A stretch of 64,000 bases of DNA, from NCBI GenBank assembly GCA_964016885.1, contig OZ024741.1:382726001-382790000 (forward strand). The letters are read 5' to 3'. The notes below the pieces were generated by a model. The model did no database searches. It saw only the letters and a program-made list of their open reading frames with translations, and was not told the DNA's origin. Shown one piece after another: positions 39,066 to 51,858 of the stretch (position 1 is its first letter; each line of letters starts with the position of its first letter). Made by a program: the position numbers and the translations under genes. This DNA comes from Eledone cirrhosa. Lineage: Eukaryota.

Positions 39066-41437
39066 CTTTTTAAATCGACGAAAAACCCAACGCACAACCC
39101 ACTCCTAGATGTGTTTGAGGACAGGATCATTACCATGCTCCAGACCATTAGATTCAGGAAACCACCGCGAAAACCTGACAGAAGTGCATTCCTGTCTGGG
39201 CTCGCATCTACTGTAAAACAGACTAGGAATAGCCCAGGCATCATCGTACCAGCCGATAAAACAGGAAACTTTTACAATGTGGAGTACAAAACTTACAACA
39301 AATGCATTACAAACGAAATCGCTAAAATATACAAAATATCAACACGGCAAAACCTAGCACACATAAACAAACAGGCGAAAACAATAATGACCGAACTGAG
39401 TATTGACGACAGGACTCATTCCTACAACCCTAGGACACCGAGACTAACTATTAAAGACCGGACTTCTAGTCATAATTACCGGTCAGGTTCATAGCCCCGT
39501 CTAAATCGGACCTAGGAAGACTTAGCAAATTAATCATTGACCGAATTATACCTGAACTTAGAAATAAAACTAAACTCAGCCTATGGTCCTGTACAAAGGA
39601 GGTAATCGACTGGTTTTGTGGCATTGAAACTAAGTTGAATGTTCGATTAGTCCAATTGGAGATTACGAACTACTACGCTTCTATATCCCAATCATCCTTA
39701 ATAAGGCACTGATCTCAGCCATGAACAGATCAAGCCTCACTAGAAAGGAAGTAGACATCATACTAACAGCTAGGAAAACTTTACTAGAATTTGACGGTAG
39801 ATTGTGGGAGCGACAGAACAGACCAGATGGCTTCGACATTACCATGGGATCGTCTGACTCCACACAGGTTACAGATATAGTAGGCATAAACCTCCTAAAT
39901 ATATTAACAGACGAGATCCTCTCCTTGGGCGGTGGCTTATACTGTGACGATGCCCTACTAATGACCCGTGGACTCAATAATAACCAATTAGATAGACTAC
40001 ACAAACGACTTAGGTACATCTTTAAGACCCAAGGATTAGCGGTAGAAATTGAACCTAACAATAGGACAGTAAATCTTTTAGATGTCACGCTAGAATTAGA
40101 CTCAGGCCTCTACCGTCCATACCACAAACCTTATGAAAACCTTAAAAACGTCAACAGACACTCCGACCACCCTAGGAGTATAATTAACTCAATAGTTAAA
40201 AGCGTCTCCAATAGAGTGTCCACTCTGTCGGCTAATAGAAATATCTTCAACCAGCACGCGGAATACTACAACTCTGCACTTGTAAACGCAGGTTACATTG
40301 AGAAGATTTCTTACATCGACCCAAATATAACCGTAAACATAACCTGACCCTTAGAAACGAACATATAAGAAGTCACCACACCTAGGACAAATAATAACCT
40401 AAGACCATCCGTAGCCGGCAGGGCTTCCAGCTTCACACACAACTGTCAAGGAGATAAAGCCATACTCTCCAACCCCAATAAGGACTCCGACTGTCGCACA
40501 CGTTTGCGTAGCAATAGAGACAAAAGACATAACGCCAATAGATTGCTTGGAACCCCTATGACACATACGCCTAACCAAAACGCACCCAAACTACCACCCA
40601 AACACAAAAACCTCACTAAACACCACAGAACCCGAAGTAGACCTGTCACATGGTACATTCATGGTATATTCTATACACGTCGCCACCCATATATCGGGAA
40701 CTTTCTTCACGGCACTCGAACAATTTTTTCCACGCACACATAAACACCTCAAGCTCTTCAATAGATACACTGTAAAATTCTCTTTCTCCACAGCACCAAA
40801 TCTAGGCCACACAATAGCACACACTAATAGGACAAAAATACGAAAACACATGGTTTCCCCACAACAAACCACCATCACAACCCAGAACGAAACCACACAC
40901 ACAAAATAACACAACAACCCACATACCATATACACACCGCATGCCACCAACCGCCAACGTGCCACCACACCGGTTACACCCAACTGCAACTGCAAAAAAC
41001 GGGCCGAATGACCACTAAACTGGGAGTGCCTCGTTAAAAACATTATTTACCGGTGTGATGTCACAGCCGGCAATAAAGAGTACTCATATATAGGTGCGAC
41101 ATCCACTACGTTTAAGGAGTGTTGGTATAACCATAGAAGCTCCTTTAAACATAGGCTGAAACGATCCAAAAACAGACTGGCCGATTTGATCTGGGACCTC
41201 AAGGACAGGAACATCGAACCCCAGATCTCGTGGTCAGTGAAAAGACGCGTGGCACAAATCCCCAGTGACAGAAACTACTGTATATTATGCCTGGCCGAGG
41301 CGCCAGAAATAATTAAATTAAAATCTGCCATAAACTGTAGGTCAGACATAATTGTCAATTGCAGACACACCAGGCTGAACACATTTTCCGCACAAACATT
41401 CGGTGGAGGGCCCCACACTAACCATGACCCAGCATAA
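39066..41437 (+). pseudogene. Naiad-type RT plus GIY-YIG ORF, frameshifted
   Basis: PADKTGNFY; FDITMGSSDS.QVTDIVG; GGLYCDDAL; NLLDVTLEL..YRPYHKP; SDHP; NCNCKKRAE*PLNWEC; YIGAT..FKE.W.NH..SFK; CILCLAE; CRH. Confidence 0.9.
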
Positions 41438-42276
41438 TAATAACCATCTCTGCCCCGTCTCACCATCGCCCATCTCAGTGAATTTATTTTATTGTATTGC
41501 ATGTAACCATTTGTAAGCCCATATTTTGTATATAATGCCGCATACATCACCCCCACCAAAAATCACATCGCCATACACCCCTCATCCTTGCAACATTGTG
41601 TTCTATCTGTCCTCTCTGTCAGGTTTTACCTTGAGGACCAGAGTAACATCTGATCCTGTAAATATAATGTCGATCACATCACACCATCGCCACCACCACC
41701 ACAGCACATATCGTCATATGTCTACCATCCACACCCGCAACCTTATTCCCCCATGTTCCCTCTGTCTACTCTAACCTACAACCCCACGCTAAATTCGACC
41801 CTGTAAATGTACTGTCGCACACACCACCACCGCCACCACTAGATACATCCACATACTTCAACAATCATTAACATCATTAACATCATCAACACATATCATC
41901 CCTCACTCCCAGATCGACTGTGTTATAACCGCCCTCCGTCTGCCTTACCCTGTAACCCACTGTAACATCTGATCATGTAATGATTTTGTTGAACATATCA
42001 CCCGATCACCACCCCCACCACCATGACCACAACACACATCGCTATACGTCCTATGTCACATTTTAACCTGTATTATTCGATCCTGTATATTTTTGTCGCT
42101 CACAACTTCACCACCACCACCACCACCACAAGACACAACTCCATACCTCAACATCCATTAACTTCATCAACACCGCCAACATATACCTTCCCTCTCGAAC
42201 CAACGCAAGTGTGTGTCTGTGTGTAAGTATTTTATATATATATGTGCGTATACATATATGGATATGTATATATATA

Positions 42277-42720
42277 GTTAAGGAAGCAGAAAATTGCTTT
42301 TTGTGATCTAGTTCGTGGTTAAGAAAGTTTCATGGATGGTTTCAACGTACGGTTAGGGGTAACTCCACAAGTTTGTAAGAATTCCGTTCAATCTTGGAGT
42401 ATAAAGTATAAAAGAGAAATCACAGGTAAGCATTAAGAGAAGGATTTTATCCAGGTATTTACGACCGTTCCATTGGTAAGTGCAACCTTATATTGCTATA
42501 CTGCAAATAGCAGCCACTCAATTATAATTGTTGTTCACAGTCCAAATTTTCAAAATAGTGAGTAAGTTACTCTTGAAATAATTCATAATATATAGAGAAA
42601 AACATTTATTTGGAATTGTATTTACTAGTATATGGAGAGAGGATTCAGAAGGCGAGGGGACAAACGGAATAGTATAGAGAGAGGGGAAGGGGGTAGAGTT
42701 AGGAAGTAGAATGACAAACT
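42277..42720. mobile_element. Non-coding TA-inserted repeat (second copy 61627-62065)
   Basis: High identity direct copy at 61627-62065. Both copies begin at a TA run. Confidence 0.75.
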
Positions 42721-43136
42721 GAGATGGAGGGAGGGGTAGAGGTGGAAGGATTCCTTGATCAGTTTTGGTAAGTAGACTTCATTTCGTGGAATGTAGTGAG
42801 TTAAAGAGAATTAAATTGATCATAGTGGGAGGGGTGGTTAGAGAGAGAGAGAGAGGGGCCGATATAAAGAGATAAATATATATATAAAAAATAAAGATAA
42901 AGATGATAATGACAAAAATAAAAGCAAAGAAGGGGGAGAAAGAAGAAAAGAAAAGATAGCCAAAAAGTGGAGGTAAGAAAACAAAGAAATAGAAGAGGAA
43001 TGAAGGGGAAGGGGGGATATAGGTATTGGTTTTTGTGGGTAATTAAAAGGGTTTAGATACAACAAGAGGTTATAAAGTCTAAGTATATGCAGTTTGTCAG
43101 TTGGTAGTAAGAGGTTAAGAGTTCGATTTGCACTTG

Positions 43137-43170
<34 letters not shown>

Positions 43171-43446
43171 TATATACGGGGTAACAAATTATTGTTATAG
43201 GTAGTCCACTTAAGTGTAGTCCAGTTATGGTACTCCGGGTAGTGGATGCCCTACCAGGTCAGAGAAACAATTGTCAGCAATGAGATTAAAAACCTTTTGT
43301 GTATAGCAAACCGTGTCACTCGTCATTCCTGATTTATATATATATATATATGTATATATATATGTGTGTATATATGTATATATGTATGTGTGTGTATGTG
43401 TATGTTTATGTATACTTGCGTGTACGTCTATGTGTGCATATCCGTA

Positions 43447-43480
<34 letters not shown>

Positions 43481-44191
43481 TATGTATGTATGTGTATGTC
43501 TATATGTACAACAACATCTCCATTGGCTCTCACCTTCCCTCTATCTTTGTTCTACGCCACCCCCACCGATACACCCCAACTCTCTCTCTATATATATACA
43601 CACGTCCGCATGCACATACATGTGTGTATATATGCTTATATATATATGTATATGTGGATCTATGTGGGCGCGTGTATGTGTGGGTATATAAGTGTGTACG
43701 TATGTATATATATATATCAGTATATATGCGCATGTATATATATATATACAACGTATTTGAAGACTAAGAGTGTCTAGGTATGTATCTCCCCATGGAGCCG
43801 ACGCCACCAACACATCCACCACAGCACCACAAACTCCACTACCTTAAACAACAACACCACAATCACACCCCACACACGCCAACCCGTCTACCGACAACCA
43901 ACTACCCCCACTCCACAGATCATCCCAGTCAGCGACCGTCACCACCATCTTATCATCACATCCACCGCCACATACGCTACAGGCCAAAGCCAATCCGCCA
44001 CCACCACACCACAGCCCATCACAGGCAGCGACCGTCACCAACATCTTATCATCACATCCACCCCCACATACAGTGGAGGCCAGTACATCCCTTTGATCCT
44101 TCCCACCAATCAAAACAACTCATATTGTCAAACTCTTGAACTTCTGTCTTTACCACATAGCATGTATTTCATTTTCTTATATCATTTTAAA

Positions 44192-44278
44192 GGGTCCGTC
44201 GAGCTGCCGATCATTGGGTCGGGTAGGATCGATACAGATCGAACCTTGAGCTGATCAGTGGCGAAACGCGCGTCACCT
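44192..44278 (+). ncRNA. Hammerhead fold in Naiad pLTR with CCGUCGA core (copy at 38552-38638, minus)
   Basis: GGGU-CCGUCGA-GCUGCCGAUC..GAUCAGUGGC-GAAA-CGCGCG-UC-ACCU. Confidence 0.6.
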
Positions 44279-44429
44279 ACCAATAAATGTAATGAAGGAG
44301 TAACCAATCGTCCTTGTTATCCTTTCAATATATTACACTCTGTATAGCTCTACACCTCATCACAGAAGTGAACCTAAACATTGAGTGCTCTCCCGGGTGA
44401 ACCTGCAGTAACTCCAAGTTACACCCCCT

Positions 44430-44515
<86 letters not shown>

Positions 44516-45336
44516 TTGGGGAGGGTCATATTTGTGTAATATTGCCAGAATTAATAACAGAACACACTCACTGTTTGGTTGGTTTTCGCTTCTCGCTGTC
44601 TTTTATATCTGCGATCTAACTTAATCGGTCCTCAATGTTGCCATTGACTGACCGACGGTCAAAAATAATACAGATACAATATAGACACAAACACATATAT
44701 ATAGTTTACATAATTTTCATAAATCTTTCGTTGCACATCTGCAACATCGTCAGTGGTGTTATATTTTTTCCTCCTGTTGTGTTGTATGTCTACGCCATTT
44801 TTTATTCAGTCTGTCTATATATTTATTTATTTATTTATTTGCTTGTTTGTTTATTTTATTTTGTCTTCTTTGCGCATGCGTTTGCGTGTGTGTATAGTGT
44901 TACGTTTGCTGTATATATAGAAAAGGCTTCTACAGCACTGTTACTCTTTCTTTCATTCGGGGGAAATCATCAGGAAGCCTACTGTCCAAATAATATGGTT
45001 GTCGTTATATATTTTCTTGTGGTAGGAGAGGGTGGTGATTGGGATGGGTGGAGGTCATTGGTTGATGGGTTTAAAGAAAAGGGAATTCTTTAAAAACTCA
45101 ATTTAGAATAACAAAGGCAGAGAGAATTCTATAGAGAGGTTCACCTTGGGGGTGCCACTCCTGATTTTTAAGGTTCACTTAAGCTAACAATGCCTTGGGT
45201 CAGGTGTCTACAAGAACATTTACACACGTACATATATAAAGCCCGCACTCCCAAATATATACATACATATATACACACACACTGACACACACACACGCAT
45301 ACACGCACAGAGACACATATATATATATACATATAT

Positions 45337-45387
<51 letters not shown>

Positions 45388-45547
45388 AACATATGCATAT
45401 ATATATCAACACTTATATACACAGATACATACATATAAATGGACACACGCACACACAATATATACATACATATACCTATATATACATATATACATATATA
45501 CACATATATATATACACACACACACATAAATATATATATATATATAC

Positions 45548-46435
45548 AATATACAGAGAAACACACAGATAAATACGGACACATACATATACATGAATAT
45601 ATCCACATCCATCCTTGAGTTAATGGTGCCAACCTTAACCGATGTTGCTCTATGAATAACTGGGACAAACCAATCCGAATGGATTAGACTGAACCAGTAT
45701 CAGAGCTATAAAGTACATTACGAAGAGAGAAGAAACATTAGATATAATTAGTAATAAGATGTATCATACCTAAACTGCTTCTAAATTCCTCGACTACGTA
45801 GTTTCGTGGCATATTCAAAAACAATACATCACAGGGATATAGAGTGTTTGTGAGGTCTGCCGACTTATCAAGAGGATACCTCATTAAGGGTTTCAAAAAC
45901 ACGTCTGTAAGGTGCGAGATAGAATCCCGAAAGGCGGAGGTGGCGTCAATCACGTGATACAGCGGTCAAGAAACAGAGCTAAGCCTCTTATAACCCTGAA
46001 AAAGATACCACGGAGGCGGAGGGGATATTTATATCGAGGCCGTAGAAGAGGTGGTTAGGGAGGCAAGAAGTATGAGTAATGGTAGCTTTCCAGCAGTCAC
46101 TACACTTCAAAGGTTACTCGACCAATGGGAGTTATAAACAATATACAGAGAAACACACAGATAAATACGGACACATACATATACATGAATATATCCACAT
46201 CCATCCATGAGTTAATGGTGCCAATCTTAACCGATGTTGAGACGTGTTTTTGAAACCCTTAATGAGGTATCCTCTTGATAAGTCGGCAGACCTCACAAAA
46301 ACTCTATATCTCTGTGATGTATTGGTTTTGATTATGCCACAAAACTACGTAGTCGAGGAATTTAGAAACAGTTTAGGTATGATACATCTTATTACTAATT
46401 ATATCTAATGTTTCTTCTCTCTTCATAATGTACTA
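45548..46435. mobile_element. Retrozyme-like element, ~590 bp period direct repeat plus inverted arm
   Basis: 45548-45647 recurs at 46138-46238. 45710-45905 is inverted at 46240-46435. Confidence 0.75.
45787..45876 (-). ncRNA. Hammerhead ribozyme, U3:A8 core variant (mutated copy 46270-46359, plus)
   Basis: UCCUC-UUGAUAA-GUCGGCA..UGCCAC-GAAA-CUACGUAG(palindrome)-UC-GAGGA. Confidence 0.75.
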
Positions 46436-47368
46436 TATATATATATATATATATACATATATAACGAAGGAAATGTTGTAAGGAACCAGATGGACCATAA
46501 CGCACCAAAGTACTCAATACTTAGGGTAGTAGAGTGGGTAATAGGAACGAGTAGGACCCCGACGGCTGAGCTCAAGCAGTTTCAACGGCTAATTCTGGAC
46601 TAATTGTAGAGCTAACTCTGTTGAAAGGACTTGACTGCTGTTTCTAGTTGTCGATAACCCTATTCACGCCGGTGGGACGAAGCTGGTATGATGTGTGTAT
46701 TTCTAGTAGATACAGCATGTGTTAGTGGCCAGTCGCTGATTTGAACTTAATGCGTAGACATAGATCGCTGGACTTCTTCCTTGTTGAAAATCCAAGTACC
46801 GGCATCCGCCGTTTACCATTCGATTAATTGGTGAAATATATTTCTTTAATGGAATATATACAGGGAAGATTAATCATATTATAAGGTAACTATTTTTGAA
46901 GTTCTAGTTAACTTTATTTAGTTACCTACCTAACTATGTGTGCTTACACACTTGTAAAAATTATCTCCTGTGATTATTCATATGTTTACTTATATGTTAA
47001 TCAATTTCTAGTTGTTATATATATATGAAATAATTAAGTCAAATATGTAAAATTTGGCTTCGTTTATTACAAATTATAGATATACTGCTATATATATTTC
47101 GGTGACAGCCATCATTGTCTGTGACCTCTTCATGCATATATATATATGTATGTGTGTGTGTCTGTGTATGTGTGTGTATGTGTGTATGTGTGTATGTATG
47201 TATATGTGTGTATATATATATGTATATATATATATATATGTGTGTATATGTATTTATATATATATATATATACTTATATATATATATATATATGGCCATA
47301 TATATATATATATTTGTATATATGTGTATGCGTATTTTAAAAATATATATATGTATATCTATGTACAC

Positions 47369-47450
<82 letters not shown>

Positions 47451-47453
<3 letters not shown>

Positions 47454-50400
47454 GCTCTAGACCTAGCTATTGACCAGTTAATTTTATTGTTCATTTTTTG
47501 TCGATTCTATTAAATGATGAATAGCCCCTGTTTATTTTAACATGTCTATTGAGCACTCTTATTCGATATGTGTATTTCCACATTTTCCCGAATATTTTTC
47601 GCGGATATAGAGGTTATCTCCCTTGCCGAATTCCATGTGCGTATTTAGCTTGGGTTATGCCTTTTCATTCGTTTGGACAAAGCTCGTTGAGGAAGTAAAT
47701 TTCCTGTCCGCTGGTATCTAGAAGTCTTATATATTTTTATGTGAGCTGATAGAGAACAGTTTAAGTATTTACAGAAACCCAAGAAGCTAGATTTAACATC
47801 TTTCTAGCGGGTCCGGGTATGCTTTTTACATTCATTTGATTTATTGATTTATTGATTTTCTATCTGAGTGTCCCGAATCTTCCAGATCGCAACTTTTCGA
47901 TCGTACGGTTGATTATAGACTTGTTCTATGTGTGACGGTATTTTAACGATAGTTATAGCTCTGATTTATCTAAATTATGGAGCCCTCTGCCGCTCATATC
48001 GAATTTTGTTTATCGTGAACTCGTGCGCCGATTTTTCGATACTCGATTATTCTACTATATTTAGCTCTAGACCTAGCTATTGACCAGTTAATTTTATTGT
48101 TCATTTTTAGTCGATTCTATTAAATGATGAATAGCTCCTGTTTATTTTAACATGTCTATTGAGCACTCTTATTCGATATGTGTATTTCCACATTTTCCCG
48201 AATATTTTTCGCGGATATAGAGGTTATCTCCCTTGCCGAATTCCATGTGCGTATTTAGCTTGGGTTATGCCATTTCATTCGTTTGGACAAAGCTCGTTGA
48301 GGAAGTAAATTTCCTGTCCGCTGGTATCTAGAAGTCTTATATATTTTTATGTGAGCTGATAGAGAACAGTTTAAGGATTTACAGAAACCCAAAAAGCTAG
48401 ATTTAACATCTTTCTAGCGGGTCCGAGTATGCTTTTTACATTCATTTGATTTATTGATTTATTGATTTTTTATCTGAGTGTCCCGAATCTTCCAGATCGC
48501 AACTTTTCGATCGTACGGTTGATTATAGACTTGTTCTATGTGTGACGGTATTTTAACGATAGTTATAGCTCTGATTTATCTAAATTATGGAGCCCTCTGC
48601 CGCTCATATCGAATTGTGTTTATCGTGAACTCGTGCGCCGATTTTTCGATACTCGATTATTCTACTATATTTAGCTCTAGACCTAGCTATTGACCAGTTA
48701 ATTTTATTGTTCATTTTTTGTCGATTCTATTAAATGATGAATAGCTCCTGTTTATTTTAACATGTCTATTGAGCACTCTTATTCGATATGTGTATTTCCA
48801 CATTTTCCCGAATATTTTTCGCGGATATAGAGGTTATCTCCCTTGCCGAATTCCATGTGCGTATTTAGTTTGGGTTATGCCTTTTCATTCGTTTGGACAA
48901 AGCTCGTTGAGGAAGTAAATTTCCTGTCCGCTGGTATCTAGAAGTTTTATATATTTTTATGTAAGCTGATAGAGAACAGTTTAAGGATTTACAGAAACCC
49001 AAGAAGCTAGATTTATCATATTTCTAGCGGGTCCGGGTATGCTTTTTACATTCATTTGATTTATTGATTTATTGATTTTTTATCTGAGTGTCCCGAATCT
49101 TCCAGATCGCAACTTTTCGATCGTACGGTTGATTATAGACTTGTTCTATGTGTGACGGTATTTTAACGATAGTTATAGCTCTGATTTATCTAAATTATGG
49201 AGCCCTCTGCCGCTTATATCGAATTGTGTTTATCGTGAACTCGTGCGCCGATTTTTCGATACTCGATTATTCTACTATATTTAGCTCTAGACCTAGCTAT
49301 TGACCAGTTAATTTTATTGTTCATTTTTTGTCGATTCTATTAAATGATGAATAGCTCCTGTTTATTTTAACATGTCTATTGAGCACTCTTATTCGATATG
49401 TGTATTTCCACATTTTCCCGAATATTTTTCGCGGATATAGAGGTTATCTCCCTTGCCGAATTCCATGTGCGTATTTAGCTTGGGTTATGCCTTTTCATTC
49501 GTTTGGACAAAGCTCGTTGAGGAAGTAAATTTCCTGTCCGCTGGTATCTAGAAGTTTTATATATTTTTATGTAAGCTGATAGAGAACAGTTTAAGGATTT
49601 ACAGAAACCCAAGAAGCTAGATTTAACATCTTTCTAGCGGGTCCGTGTATGGTTTTTACATTCATTTGATTTATTGATTTATTGATTTTTTATCTGAGTG
49701 TCCCGAATCTTCCAGATCGCAACTTTTCGATCGTACGGTTGATTATAGACGTGTATAGACGTGTTCTATGTGTGACGGTATTTTAACGATAGTTATAGCT
49801 CTGATTTATCTAAATTATGGAGCCCTCTGCCGCTCATATCGAATTTTGTTTATCGTGAACTCGTGCGCCGATTTTTCGATAGTCGATTATTCTACTATAT
49901 TTAGCTCTAGACCTAGCTATTGACCAGTTAATTTTATTGTTCATTTTTAGTCGATTCTATTAAATGATGAATAGCTCCTGTTTATTTTAACATGTCTATT
50001 GAGCACTCTTATTCGATATGTGTATTTCCACATTTTCCCGAATATTTTTCGCGGATATAGAGGTTATCTCCCTTGCCGAATTCCATGTGCGTATTTAGCT
50101 TGGGTTATGCCATTTCATTCGTTTGGACAAAGCTCGTTGAGGAAGTAAATTTCCTGTCCGCTGGTATCTAGAAGTCTTATATATTTTTATGTGAGCTGAT
50201 AGAGAACAGTTTAAGGATTTACAGAAACCCAAAAAGCTAGATTTAACATCTTTCTAGCGGGTCCGAGTATGCTTTTTACATTCATTTGATTTATTGATTT
50301 ATTGATTTTTTATCTGAGTGTCCCGAATCTTCCAGATCGCAACTTTTCGATCGTACGGTTGATTATAGACTTGTTCTATGTGTGACGGTATTTTAACGAT

Positions 50401-50502
50401 AGTCATAGCTCTGATTTATCTAAATTATGGAGCCCTCTGCCGCTCATATCGAATTTTGTTTATCGTGAACTCGTGCGCCGATTTTTCGATACTCGATTAT
50501 TC

Positions 50503-50508
<6 letters not shown>
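47451..50508 (+). repeat. Tandem array of 5 x 610 bp monomers (retrozyme-like), TA-flanked
   Basis: ttagctctagacctagc starts at 47451, 48061, 48671, 49281 and 49901. Copy 4 has a 10 bp duplication. Confidence 0.95.
47682..47818 (+). ncRNA. Large hammerhead fold with UUGAGGA core in each 610 bp monomer (also 48292, 48902, 49512, 50132)
   Basis: GCUCG-UUGAGGA-a-GUAAAU..AUUUAC-a-GAAA-CCC..GCUAGA..UCUAGC GGG-UC-CG(A/G)GU. Confidence 0.6.
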
Positions 50509-50562
<54 letters not shown>

Positions 50563-50567
<5 letters not shown>

Positions 50568-51858
50568 AATATAGACATAGAATATTCGAAAATATTCCGC
50601 ATGTTTACAATAAACATTTTGAAGACCTAATCGCTATAGAATAGAATACGTCACGTATTACAATTAGATTCTCGATAAAAGCAAGGGAAGTAATCTACGC
50701 GTTTCATTCTCGTTAGAAATCATCAGGACTACATATCCAGTGCTTTTATCGAGAATGACACAGCTAGAGACTTATAGAATACTTAGCTGTGTACAGGAAC
50801 TGGTTTGAAAGAGCGGTTGCCGGTCCGGCAGAAATTAGAAATTGGAATAAATGCTCTGAAATAGCGATATATATGTGAATATAGACATAGAATATTCGAA
50901 AATATTCCGCATGTTTACAATAAACATTTTGAAGACCTAATCGCTATAGAATAGAATACGTCACGTATTACAATTAGATTCTCGATAAAAGCAAGGGAAG
51001 TAATCTACGCGTTTCATTCTCGTTAGAAATCATCAGGACTACATATCCAGTGCTTTTATCGAGAATGACACAGCTAGAGACTTATAGAATACTTAGCTGT
51101 GTACAGGAACTGGTTTGAAAGAGCGGTTGCCGGTCCGGCAGAAATTAGAAATTGGAATAAATGCTCTGAAATAGCGATATATATGTGAATATAGACATAG
51201 AATATTCGAAAATATTCCGCATGTTTACAATAAACATTTTGAAGACCTAATCGCTATAGAATAGAATACGTCACGTATTACAATTAGATTCTCGATAAAA
51301 GCAAGGGAAGTAATCTACGCGTTTCATTCTCGTTAGAAATCATCAGGACTACATATCCAGTGCTTTTATCGAGAATGACACAGCTAGAGACTTATAGAAT
51401 ACTTAGCTGTGTACAGGAACTGGTTTGAAAGAGCGGTTGCCGGTCCGGCAGAAATTAGAAATTGGAATAAATGCTCTGAAATAGCGATATATATGTGAAT
51501 ATAGACATAGAATATTCGAAAATATTCCGCATGTTTACAATAAACATTTTGAAGACCTAATCGCTATAGAATAGAATACGTCACGTATTACAATTAGATT
51601 CTCGATAAAAGCAAGGGAAGTAATCTACGCGTTTCATTCTCGTTAGAAATCATCAGGACTACATATCCAGTGCTTTTATCGAGAATGACACAGCTAGAGA
51701 CTTATAGAATACTTAGCTGTGTACAGGAACTGGTTTGAAAGAGCGGTTGCCGGTCCGGCAGAAATTAGAAATTGGAATAAATGCTCTGAAATAGCGATAT
51801 ATATGTGAATATAGACATAGAATATTCGAAAATATACATAGAATATTCGAAAATATTC
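50563..51858 (-). repeat. 310 bp retrozyme-like tandem array, left arm (4 full copies plus partial)
   Basis: aatattcgaa at 50581, 50891, 51201, 51511 and 51821. Minus-strand HHRs at 50690, 51000, 51310 and 51620 (43 nt each). Confidence 0.95.

Larger units (their letters stand above)
38501..44432 (+). mobile_element. Naiad-type PLE with inverted 5' pLTR (38501-39045) and 3' pLTR (43695-44432), plus secondary insertions in its 3' UTR
   Basis: 38501-39045 is the reverse complement of ~43695-44330. ORF remnants lie at 39060-41437. Confidence 0.85.

Noticed and set aside
43250-43290. GAAA-CAAUUG-UC half-hammerhead
   Set aside because: No upstream CUGANGA-like core or stem I partner was found.
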